A stretch of DNA of 21,885 nucleotides from Octopus sinensis (GCF_006345805.1 NW_021823684.1:1-21885); one strand, 5' to 3'. Positions 10,613-21,375 are shown, counted from the first letter of the stretch. The notes: generated by a model not told the origin, from the sequence alone. Numbers and translations are program-made.

Positions 10613-10926
10613 ATTTTTTTTTATGCACCCTTTTCAAGCCTAGCCAGCCTCATGGGCGCGGTTTCCCGGTTTCTATGGCGTATGTGTTCCTGCCTGCTGG
10701 ACGGGACGCCCGTCCATCGCAGCGCCATTCAAAAACAGAAAGAAAGTGTGCGAGAAACGCGGGGCGAAAGAGTACGACAGGTGTCGCCAACAACCCCTGC
10801 CGGAGCCTCATGGAGCTTTAGGTGTTTTCGCTCAATAAATACACACAACGCCCGGTCTGGGAATCGAGACCGCGATCCTACGACCACGAGTCCGCCGCCC
10901 TAACCACTGGGCCATTGCGCCTCCAC
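10613..10926 (-). mobile_element. SINE family B (tRNA-derived head, tail type a) with a 14-bp TSD
   Basis: Head is the reverse complement of gtggaggcgcaatggcccagtggttagggcggcggactcg; tail shared with 12145-12439; flanked by acaaatagtgtatt (10599-10612) and acagatagtgtatt (10927-10940). Confidence 0.92.
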
Positions 10927-11004
10927 ACAGATAGTGTATTGCGTACATTTATTTATATATGGGGTGAGTGTAGGCTGATAATAGAATCCAGAGAAGAATC
11001 AGTT

Positions 11005-11155
11005 AATTAGCACATATTCCCCTCCAAGATTCGCACTCTCATTGCAGCGGTCCTTCAGTTTTTCTAAACCCTGTAAAATAATTCGGAATGTTGAGCCCCC
11101 AACCAGGCCCTTTGTGACATACTGAAAGCCAGGAACTTTTCAACACACCCTTGTA
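11005..11155 (-). mobile_element. Tc1/mariner-like DNA transposon or MITE remnant
   Basis: 11126-11155 reverse-complements to TA-caagggtgtgttgaaaagttcctggctt, resembling mariner TIRs as recalled; partner TIR not clearly visible. Confidence 0.6.
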
Positions 11156-11292
11156 CATGGGTAGTTTAATATTCTGAATATATTGCTTAAGCTCTATAAA
11201 AATAAATCTGTGGTATTTAACGCCCCAATTATTAACATGTCGTTAAACTCCATTATATCATTATTTCAACACAATAGCTATAAATGAAATGA

Positions 11293-11665
11293 GTGGAGGC
11301 GCAATGGCCCAGTGGTTAGGGCAGCGGACTCGCGGTCATAGTATCGCGGTTTCGATTCCCAGACCGGGCGTTGTGAGTGTTTATTGACTGAAAACACCTA
11401 AAGCTCCACGAGGCTCCGGCAGGGGATGATGGTGATCCCTGCTGTACACTTTCACCACAACTTTCTCTCACTCTTACTTCCTGTTTCTGTTGTACCTGTA
11501 TTTCAAAGGACCGGCCTTGTCACTCTCTGTGTCACGCTGAATATCCACGATAACTACGTTAAGGGTACACGTGTCTGTGGAGTGCTCAGCCACTTACACG
11601 TTAATTTCACGATTCGGATCAACAGGAACCCTCGTCGTCGTAACCGACGGAGTGCTTCCATATCC
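11293..11665 (+). mobile_element. SINE family B (same head, tail type b) with a perfect 11-bp TSD
   Basis: A-box-like tggcccagtgg and B-box-like ggtttcgattccc; 3' end ccctcgtcgtcgtaaccgacggagtgcttcca; aaatgaaatga at both 11282-11292 and 11666-11676. Confidence 0.93.
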
Positions 11666-12144
11666 AAATGAAATGAAATCGCAGGCGTGCGCGCACACAC
11701 ACACGCACACACACAGATACACATACACACACACAAACATGAATTGGTTAAAACGGCTGCTCAGAAGAACATATTAGAAATAACAGAAAAACATTTCACA
11801 GGTACTTCATAACTATTATTCTTCACCTGTTTCTACGATTATTATATAGACATCATTCATATTTTAGTTCTTTAAATTCTTTAAAGATGCGGTAATGCTG
11901 GGGCACCGTTGTTGAATTGCATAATTATTATATATTAAAATACACAGTACTGCTTTAAATTTGATGCCGAAGAGACGTTAGTATATTTGCAATAGAAACA
12001 GTTGTAGAGCTTCGAAATATCTGATGTCTACGAAATGTTTGCTTTTCATACACACTCTCCTACTCTTTCTCTATACGTTTGTGATCTGTGGGCGTTTACC
12101 AGCGTGCATATGTGCGTTTGTTTTTAAGAATGTATGTCTGTATA

Positions 12145-12439
12145 GTGGAGGCGCAATGGCCCAGTGGTTAGGGCAGCGGACTCGCGGTCGAAGGATCGCG
12201 GTTTCGATTCCCAGACCGGGCGTTCTGTGTCTATTGAATGAAAACATCTGAAGCTCCGCGAGGCTCCGGCGACCCCTGTTGTACTCTTTCGCCCCAAATT
12301 TCTCTCACTCTTTCTTCTTGTTTCTTGAATAACGTGGCGATGGACTAGCGTCCCGTACAGCTGGTGGGGGGAGAACACATATACCATAGACACCGGGAAA
12401 CCGGGCCCATGAGCCTGGCTAGGCTTGAAAAAGGCGCAT
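12145..12439 (+). mobile_element. SINE family B (tail type a) ending in (TTA)n
   Basis: Same head as 11293; tail ccgggaaaccgggcccatgagcctggctaggcttgaaaaaggcgcat shared with 10613-10926. Confidence 0.92.
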
Positions 12440-12461
12440 TATTATTATTGTTGTTACTATT

Positions 12462-14060
12462 CTTATACACACAACAAATCAGACTGCTGGAGAAGAGAAA
12501 AATCCTAACATCGGGTAACAAGAATTGATTATAGATGCCAAGAATCCTTCTAAATATCTTAGCTGTCCCTAATAGCACTGTTTTCTGGAGCTTTACTAAA
12601 CTGGGTTTTATGCCTATTTCTGTTGATATTAACATTCCCTAATAGTGTGTCACCTGAGTAGAGATCTACTTTCCATTCCTTCATGCTAAAGCTAATTAAT
12701 TCTCTTACGTTGTCTGCTATATTGAACATACTCAAACATTCACTTATCCATGAGTGTGGGATCATATCATAGGCTTTCCTATAATTTATCCATGCTATTG
12801 TTAGATTTTTCTTTCTGACTTTTACTTCATATAGAACTGCTTTGTTTATATATAATATATTATGCATTCCTCTAGGCTTCTTCCTACAACCTTTCTGTTC
12901 TTCTTGTAGTAAATTCTGGTTGTCAAGTTACTCGTAAAGGCTTTCTGAAAGCATTCCTGTTAACAACTTCCACACTAATGGTAAGCAAGGGAGTGGTCTA
13001 TAGTTGCTAGCTGTATTACTATTGCTCTTATCCTTCATAATGAGTATTGCTCTCCCTCTAGTCATCCAATCTACTGTTATTCCTCCATTAAGACAATCCT
13101 GATATTTTCCCCTCAGCCTTCCATGTAAACTACTAAATTTCTTTAACCAGTATCTTTGAACTATATCTGGTCCTGGGCCCTTCAAATTCGGCATTTTTCC
13201 TAACACTTTACTCATTAATGCAGTAGTTAATCTTAGAACTGGCTGCTTCTCACTCACTACTTCTTCCCTCACTTTCTTTAACCATTCTGCATCTCCATTA
13301 TGATTGACTGGTTTATCCTAAACTCAAGAACTTTCTAGCTTCTTCTGCATTAGGTATCTCATCTTCAGTACTTCGTTTTCCACTATTTATTTGGTTATAA
13401 CATCTCCTCTGGTCTGTCTTAAATAATCTGTTCTGTCGATACTGATCTATTCTTTTCTGATATCTGGAGAGCTTGTCTGCTGCTGCTGTGATACGCCGTT
13501 TCAACTCATCTATTACTGTCCCGAATCCCTCCTCTTTGACTAAATATAATTTCTCGAGAGACGATTTGCATCTTGTGTTTCCTAACTTTTTCACTTTCCA
13601 GGTTTCTACTCTACTGAGATCTTGTCTTAAAGACTTCACATTGTTTTGCAGTCTCCTTGTCCACATTTTCTCATTTTAATCTTTCCATGTGAGATATTTA
13701 AGCTTCTGGGGACTTCTACCCCTCCTGCATAGATCAATACGTTAGTGTCTTTCCCAGTCATTTCTAGAAGCTTCATTCTATTGATGTCTTTTTTTTGCTG
13801 GCAATCTTTTTCTTACTTCTTTACTCATTACTTCCTGCAACTTGTGTAAAATCTTCTGATCTTCCCCACTTTTAAGTCATTGGTGCCAGTCGTCCCTTTC
13901 TTAATTGTAGTTCTATTATTATTTTTTTCTTTAGTTTCTTCTTTGGTTTGAGCTGTGTCTCTTATGTTGTTACTTGTCTTTCCTACTGCCAAGTCTTTCT
14001 TTCCCAGTTCTGCTGTGATCTCATCCACCTCCAATTGCGTCATCCTCTTTTTTCTCGGTA
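12462..14060 (-). mobile_element. Decayed non-LTR retrotransposon, R4/Dong-like clade; 5'-truncated and internally deleted
   Basis: Minus-strand peptides: WTRRLQNNVKSLRQDLSRV, RYQKRIDQYRQNRLF, KGPGPD..YWLKKF, NYRPLPCLPLVWKLLTG, EEQKGCRKKPRG, AWINYRKAYDMIPHSWI (RT N-terminal motifs) and the C-terminal LQKTVLLGTAKIFRRILG. Multiple stops and frameshifts; TAA-type tail. Confidence 0.9.
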
Positions 14061-14073
14061 TATTATTATTATT

Positions 14074-14651
14074 GAATGAGAGAGCAGTGCATGCCATCAG
14101 AGTAACACTAGGGTAAAATATGCGAAGCCCAGTATACCCATCATGACTACCCGTCTGATAAGGGTACACTAGGCACTTGCATCACAACCATATGTGCGCG
14201 ACGTGGTGATCTCATATCAAGATAAACAGCGCATAACCTTGCAGGTGAGGCCCAGTTAGAATTTCCTTCTGGTCGAGTAGCCCATCCCGCTCAAAAGGTA
14301 CCTGAATAAGGGTTGTTTAAGGATGTTGAACGAAACACCCATGTTTCCAGAGGTGAATTATTCAAATCCCAAAGAATCCCTCTCAACACATGGCTATGAT
14401 GCACCCCCACTACTTCTGCTCGTGATCAGAGATGCACATATCGTCAGCCACTAAGGGACATGCTCAACTGGTTAAGGTCAAACAACTGACAAGCAAATTT
14501 GTGGTATTGAGCAGAATATTTGCTGTAGCCCATCTTTTATACCAAGACAAAACAATGTACATGATATCACTTCCAATCAGTTAAGATCAGAAGCCACGAG
14601 AGCCACTTCTTGGTACTGCATCAGAGCATAAACCTGGTACTGCATCAGGGC
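14074..14651 (-). mobile_element. 578-bp non-coding interspersed element bounded by (TAA)n on both sides (non-autonomous retroelement candidate)
   Basis: Sharp borders with (TTA)4 at 14061-14073 and (ATT)n from 14652; no credible ORF; terminal 19-mer duplicated at 14611-14629 and 14635-14653. Orientation inferred from the TAA strand. Confidence 0.7.
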
Positions 14652-14689
14652 ATTATTATTATTATTATTATCACTATTATTGTTATTAA

Positions 14690-14770
<81 letters not shown>

Positions 14771-14778
14771 CATTATTA
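14652..14778. repeat. (ATT)n microsatellite
   Basis: Read directly; explains the poly-Ile ORF. Confidence 0.98.
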
Positions 14779-14837
14779 GCATCTTATTAATACATTGCAT
14801 GTACCACGTTTTCTCTTACCTTTTCTCCGTTTTTTGG

Positions 14838-14872
<35 letters not shown>

Positions 14873-14873
14873 T

Positions 14874-14972
14874 ATTCTTTCATTGTTATATTGTTTTCCT
14901 TGTTTCAGTCAGTTGATTGCGGCCATACTGGAGCACCACCTTTTAGTCGAACAAATCGACCCGAGAACTTAT
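14874..14972 (-). mobile_element. SINE family A 3' fragment
   Basis: tgtttcagtcagttgattgcggccatactggagcaccacc...aaatcgacccgagaacttatt is the reverse complement of the family A 3' end. Confidence 0.82.
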
Positions 14973-14975
14973 TTG

Positions 14976-14991
14976 TATCCATCCATCCATC

Positions 14992-15042
<51 letters not shown>

Positions 15043-15088
15043 ATCTATCTAACTATATACATACAACCATATATATGTCGCTGTGTTG

Positions 15089-15135
<47 letters not shown>
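14976..15135. repeat. (ATCC)n/(TATC)n and (TA)n microsatellites
   Basis: Read directly. Confidence 0.95.
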
Positions 15136-15528
15136 GCCCTATATGAGAAGGAGAACCACATCAGCACCTGTACTCTTATTCATGAGGCAGGTCAGTTCCT
15201 GCGTGTCCCGATTAGCATTTCCTACAAATTACCATAGACTGTTATATGTCTGCTCAGTACATCAATGAGGATTCTTTCTATGACGAAGCCCTAAAAGGCC
15301 AAGAGACTGGTCAGTTCTAAGAAAAGATTTTTTTTCGCCCGGGGAGAAACAAATCGTGTGATGTAAACATTTTGTTTGTCATAGTAATGTTAAAATGTTT
15401 TTATAACGACAAAGATGTAAATTATATATAGAAAAATAAAACTGACAAAATATAAAAAAGACGATACAAATTTAAACGAGTGCAGGTCTCGAGAATTCCC
15501 TATCTATAAAAAAATATGTGCGCGTTTT

Positions 15529-15865
15529 ATCTTTTTACTTGCTTCAGTCATTGGACTATGGCCATGCTGGTGCACCGCCTTAAAGGGCTTAGTTGAAGTA
15601 ATCGACTCCAATGCTTATATTTTTGTTTAAAGTCTAGTACTGTCCTACCCGTCACGTTTGGACAGATAGAATATCCGTCTTACGGAAACCTAAGTGAAAA
15701 ACAGAGTTTCTCAAGCGGTGATGGTGATTCGACGGGTCTCTTCCATTTTGGTCAGTAGTATCTACACAATGCCGGCCCTTGCCTATGTCAGAAGACATTT
15801 GCCCAAGGTGCCACGTAGCGGGATTGAAAACAGAACCTTGTTGTCGGGAAGCAAACTTCTTGTCA
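15529..15865 (-). mobile_element. SINE family A-related old copy (3' end 15529-15640, head 15775-15865)
   Basis: ttcagtcattggactatggccatgctggtgcaccgcc and gaagacatttgcccaaggtgccacgtagcgggattgaa match the family A reverse complement; the middle is divergent. Confidence 0.72.
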
Positions 15866-15889
15866 CAAAGTATTGAGTAATCTTTCAAA

Positions 15890-16895
15890 GGCGGTGAGCA
15901 GGCAGAAACGTTAGCAAGGTGTCTGCCTTTACGTTCAGAGTTCAAATTCCGCCGAGGTTGACTTTGCTTTTCATCATTTCGGGGTCGATAAATTAAGTAC
16001 CAGTTGCGTACCGGGTCCATCAATCGATTGCCTCTCTCCACAAAAATATCAGACCTTGTGCGTAGAATAGAAAGGAATATAAACACGCACCAGGGCGGCG
16101 AGCTGGCAGAACCGTTAGCACGCCGGGCGAAATGCTTAGCGGTATTTCGTCTGACGGCGAGCTGGCAGAAACGTTTGCACGCCGGTCGAAATGCTTAGCG
16201 GTATTTCGTCTGGCGGCGAGCTGGCAGAATCGTTAGCATGCCGGTCGAAATGCTTAGCGGTATTTCGTCTGCCGTTACGTTGTGAGTTCAAATTCCGCCG
16301 AGGTCGACTTTGCCTTTCATCCTTTAGGGGTCGATAAATTAAGTACCATTTACACACTGGGGTCGATGTAATCGACTTAATCTCTTTGTCTGTCCTTGTT
16401 TGTCCCCTCAATGTTTAGCCCCTTGTGGGTAATAAAGAAATAAGAACTACAAGCACGCCGGGCGAAATGATTATGGGTATTTCGTCTGTCGCTACGTTCT
16501 GAGTTTAAATTCCGCCGAGGTCGATTCTGCCTTTCATCCTTTCGGGGTCGATAAATTAAGTACCAGTTATGCACTGGGGTCGATATAATCGACTTAATCC
16601 GTTTGTCTGTCCTTGTTTGTCCTCTCTGTGTTTAGCTACTTGTGGGTAGTAAAGAAATAGGTATTTCGTCTGCCGTTACGTTCTGAGTTAAAATTCCGCC
16701 GAGGTCGATTTTGCTTTTCATCCTTTCCGGGTCTATAAATTAAGTACCAGTTACGTACTTGCATCCAGCTAATCGACTGGCCCCTCCATCAAAATTTCGT
16801 GCCTTGTTCATAGAGTAGAAAAGAATATAAATACACTTTAATGTGGTGAGCTGGCAGAAACGTTAGCACGCCGAGCCTTGTACTTAGAGAAGAGC
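15890..16895 (+). mobile_element. Tandem concatemer of SINE family C units
   Basis: Heads ggcggcgagctggcagaa at 15890, 16094, 16153, 16212 and 16843; bodies with gagttcaaattccgccgaggtcgactttgcctttcatcctttcggggtcgataaattaagtacca repeated four times. The central segment resembles the Meta-SINE domain as recalled. Confidence 0.93.
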
Positions 16896-17007
16896 ATTGA
16901 GTAATCGTTCAGCTTAACGTTGTTTCATTTTTTTAAATATATAACATAACGTAAAGCAAACATTAAGACCTTAATGTTGCACAAATGCATGTATATATAT
17001 ATAATAT

Positions 17008-17023
17008 ATGTGTGTGTGTGTGT

Positions 17024-17062
<39 letters not shown>

Positions 17063-17072
17063 ATGTGTGTGT
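17008..17072. repeat. (TG)n microsatellite
   Basis: Read directly. Confidence 0.97.
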
Positions 17073-17474
17073 AGATCCTTATCTTCGATACCCTTGTATA
17101 TGCACAACCTGCATGACGAGCGACTATTAACAACGGCATAAACGAAAGAGTTTCAACCGAGAAGCGAAAACGCGCAGCCAACTTTGATATTCGATACAGA
17201 AAGTAACTGTCACCTTCATTTCACTTTAAATTTTGGCAATTATACGAGATGGCTGGCCAGAACAATTTCTGTGAGAAACTTTCGTGTCATTTCCTTAATT
17301 CTCTCATCGCAAAATCTATTCCATCATTGGAGAAAGTTATAATTGCCATTAATAATTTCATTTCCTCTAGCCTGATTTACGATTTTATATTCACACTCTC
17401 TCTCCCTCTCACTCACTCACTTACTCATTCATCTCTCTCTTTCTCTCCCAATTTAACACGAGCACGCATTATGA

Positions 17475-18021
17475 TACATATATATATATATATATATATA
17501 CATGTATAATACATACATACATATATATGTATATATGTCAAAACTTAAGAATATATGTAGATTGCGCATACATAATTCTGTAATGTTCAGGTAGATATAT
17601 CTTTATAGATCATAATGTATATACATATACACATCATATGTTGTACGTAGATATATTATAAATAATTGTACATATATATACACATTTATATTCAAGTGAA
17701 CATATCTCTATATACATATATATGTATATTTATATACACATTGTCATACATACACATACGCACATACAAACACGCACATACAGCTAAGTTTTATGCATAC
17801 ACGTATATGGATATATGTATATATAAATGCATATTATATGTTAGTGCATAGATACATATACACATATATCATCTCGTACATATATCCATAAATAAATATT
17901 TATATTTATCTATATATCTATTAATATATTTCACACGTGAATATGTGTGCAATTACGTGTATCTAACGTAGAAGAGTACTAGAAAAGTTGTAACATCGTA
18001 TTTAAATAGTATGTGTATATA

Positions 18022-18055
<34 letters not shown>

Positions 18056-18860
18056 TGTGCGTGTGTATGTATGTATATATAAGTATATATGCATATGCAC
18101 GTGTGTGTTTGCAATGTATGCACACAACTATTTAGAAACGTTTCCCATTTGCAATTTACGTACAAACATATCTTTGTGCATATAGGTATATACATGCACA
18201 ATGATATATGAATATATGCGATGAATATGTACGTGTGATGTACATTTACAATTTATATATACCCACTCATTGTTCATTACCTTCTAAACCCTTACCCGAG
18301 TACATCTGTTTCTTTCTCACTCTGTGTCTCTGTCTCTGTTTCTCTGTTTCTCTCTCTGTCTGTCTCTATCTCCACACACACACACACACACATATACATT
18401 CTCACAAAAATACACACTATACACGCACATGCATACTCATGCACACATACATAGGTATATACGCATAGATACAAACGTATAAACATACATTCGTACCTTC
18501 GTAAAACTATACATTCATATACCTACATACATATATACATATATATATACAAATATTTATATCAATATATATATATACATACATACAAACATACATACAT
18601 ACAGACACACATATATATATACATGCATATCTATATATCAATATAATGTACACGTAATGTACTTATATACATTATATGTATATATGTACATAAACATATG
18701 CAGGTGTACACTCTTAGTGTAAACATACAAACATATATATATATATATATATTATATACATACACACATATATATTTATGAATATATATATATATATATA
18801 TGTATATATATGGAAATATATATACATATATACATACATATATACATGCATACGTACGCA
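17475..18860. repeat. Extended degenerate (TA)/(CA)/(TG)/(TC) low-complexity region
   Basis: Read directly. Confidence 0.88.
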
Positions 18861-19859
18861 TGCTTTTGTGTTTATGTAATTGTGGCATGGATAGAAATTA
18901 GAATATTATCTTGATGTATGTAGAGCGGCACATCAAACCCCTAATCCGGTCGTTAAATTCATAAACAAAATCTGAATTTCCTTAAGTTATTAAGATATAG
19001 AGGAAACTGTGTACGATTGTCTCTGCGAATGAACACACGTATTGGTTAATGGGAGAGTAGGTGTGAACGGCAGCGGCGGCGGAGCGGGGAAAAGAAGTAG
19101 AGATGAGGAGGAATATAAACATCACACACTGGCTTTATTTGTATACAATATCAACCGAAATAACAGAGTGTCGACATTAATAAGTACATCAACAACATCA
19201 CAACAAACAGCATAATAAATGAGTGTGAACAATGACAATATTTCGAAATATGTGAAAATATATAACGTTGATTATAAAAGAAATCAAAAATGACTATAAT
19301 AAATAAATAGTAACAACGACTAGTGCGTCAATAACAACAACGACAACAATAATAGTAGTTGCTTGTAATCTTAATACAATCAAAAATACCATCAATAAAC
19401 AAGACACTGTCGTCGTATAAGAAAAACATTTAAACACATCGACGAACACACGGTTCTGTGATGAAGAAAAGTAACAAGTTACAACAAAAACTTATATTAT
19501 TTTAACTATAATAACATATGATGAGAATGATGAAAAAACACTAATGGCGTTTTGCAGGGGGTAATTTTCGTTCATACCTCCTTGTTGTATATCCCTATTC
19601 CCCACAATCCCCTTCCACTGAGTGAAATCGCTCCTGTCACGTTGGTCGTGTTATGTCTGGGTTTCTTTATGATTTTCTCTTCGTCTTTTTTTTCCCTCTC
19701 TTTCTCCCTCGCTTTTCTTCTCTCATCCATCGTTTCTATTCTTTGCGATTTTGTTTGTTTTTTTTCTTTTCGTTTTCTTCTTCTTGTTGTTGTTTTTGTC
19801 CTTTCAATCATCTCCATCTTGCAATATATTCTTCCCGAGAGTTCTTCGTATTATTTACG

Positions 19860-20421
19860 CACAAACACACACACACACACATACACACATACACACACAC
19901 GCACATACACACACACATACACACACACACACACAAAACAAACACCCACATATATGCACATATACACACACACACACACATATATACATATGATTATATA
20001 CACACACACACACATATATAAGTACATACACAAATATACATATATACATGCACACACATACATATTCATATGTGTATACATATGTATATAGAAATATACA
20101 CAAAGATATATATATTTATATATACACATACATGCATACATGCATATATACATACATACATACATAAATACATACATACATACATACATACATACATGCA
20201 TACATACATGCATACATACATACATACATACATACATACATACATACATACATACATACATGCATACATACATACACACATACATACATACACACATACA
20301 TACATACATACATACATACATACATACATACATACATACATACATGCATACATACATACAAACATACATGCATACATACATACATACATGCATACATACA
20401 TACACGCATACATGCATACAT
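19860..20421. repeat. (CA)n followed by a long (TACA)n microsatellite
   Basis: Read directly; explains the MYVC and HTYI ORFs. Confidence 0.97.
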
Positions 20422-20426
20422 AGAAA

Positions 20427-20717
20427 GGAAGGCGCGTGGTTTTGTGGTGTGGCGTTTCGAGGTAACACTCGTGAGATCGCGGCCTCGATTTCGACACATG
20501 CGTGTTGCATTCTTGAGCTAGACAATTTATTGCATGATGGTCAAGTCCATTCACCTGTAAGTGGGAAGCACTGCGACGGAATAACTCTCGAACTGGAGAC
20601 AGGTTGACCTAACTGAATTGCCAAGAGTGTGGTTTCATTCGAAAACTAAATCGCTACAAAGTGCATTGTGGCCAGCGATGTATTACAGCATCCGATAGCC
20701 TGGTCGATCACGTGATA
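20427..20717 (+). mobile_element. Old tRNA-headed SINE-like element
   Basis: Degenerate head ggaaggcgcgtggttttgtggt...gatcgcggcctcgatttc and ttcttgagctagacaattta resemble the family B head and centre. Confidence 0.55.
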
Positions 20718-20724
20718 TACATTA

Positions 20725-20945
20725 TTTTATTCTTAGACTTGTTTCAGTAATTTGACTGCGGCCATGCTGGAGCTCCAGTTTTAGTCGAAGAAATCGACAT
20801 CGGGACTTATTCTTTATAAGCCTTGTACTTATTCTATCGGTCTCATTTTGACGAACCGCTAACATATGAGGACGTAAACACACCAACATCGGTTGTCAAG
20901 TGATAGTGTGGGGACAAACACAAATGCAAACACACAAATACATAT

Positions 20946-20980
<35 letters not shown>

Positions 20981-21070
20981 CTATATATATATATATATTA
21001 TATATATATATATATACTCACAGATACCCAAACTTATACATACGTATACGACGGGCTTCTATCAGTTCTA
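20725..21070 (-). mobile_element. SINE family A, 5'-truncated
   Basis: ttgtttcagtaatttgactgcggccatgctggagc...gacgtaaacacaccaacatcggttgtcaag...(TA)n...tatacgacgggcttct is the reverse complement of family A. Confidence 0.88.
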
Positions 21071-21084
21071 TCTTCGCAATGTTT

Positions 21085-21200
21085 AACCTTCAAATGACGC
21101 TGGATAAGCGAGCAGGCCAACAGAAGAGAGAGTGAGAGAAAGTTGGGGCAAAAGAGATCGCGAGTCCTCTGCCCTAACAGCTGGGCCATTACGCCGCCAC
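21085..21200 (-). mobile_element. SINE family B fragment with an internal deletion
   Basis: cgcgagtcctctgccctaacagctgggccattacgccgccac (head) is joined directly to gagagtgagagaaagttggggcaaaagag (centre). Confidence 0.8.
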
Positions 21201-21337
21201 ACACACACACACACGCATATATATATATATGTATATATACATATATATAGTTCATATTTATAGATGAACAAAAGGTGAAGATAGGTGTAGAAACAATAAG
21301 CAGGTGTATTAGTTTGACGCTCGGGAAAATGGAAAAG

Positions 21338-21375
21338 TCGTTTACGTTTCGAGCCTACGCTCTTCGACAGAAAGA
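21338..21375 (-). ncRNA. Minimal type I hammerhead-ribozyme-like motif with a variant core
   Basis: Minus strand: UCUUU-CUGUCGA-A-GAGC(GUAG)GCUC-GAAAC-GUA-AACGA. Perfect 4-bp stem II, palindromic ACGU stem III, 4/5-bp stem I; core reads CUGUCGA instead of CUGANGA. Confidence 0.6.

Noticed and set aside
11295-11367. tRNA-like sequence (also at 12147 and 10855-10924)
   Set aside because: A and B boxes are present but the acceptor stem does not close, and the sequence continues into a SINE body with TSDs.
14302-14346. CTGAATA...GAAAC-ACCCAT-GTT hammerhead-like order
   Set aside because: Core mismatch and no stem I or II; better explained as a simple GAAACA/TGTTTC hairpin.
16094-16270. Regularly spaced repeats resembling a CRISPR array
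   Set aside because: Whole 59-bp units repeat with no unique spacers, they are SINE heads, and there are no cas genes in this eukaryote-like context.
19552-20091. Hydrophobic ORF resembling a membrane protein
   Set aside because: The Phe/Leu/Ser richness follows from a T/C-rich tract and the ORF runs into (CA)n; it starts at a non-ATG codon.
20450-20478. Minus-strand CTCACGA...GAAAC motif
   Set aside because: Falls in the tRNA-like head of a SINE, lacks G5 and has no valid cleavage triplet.
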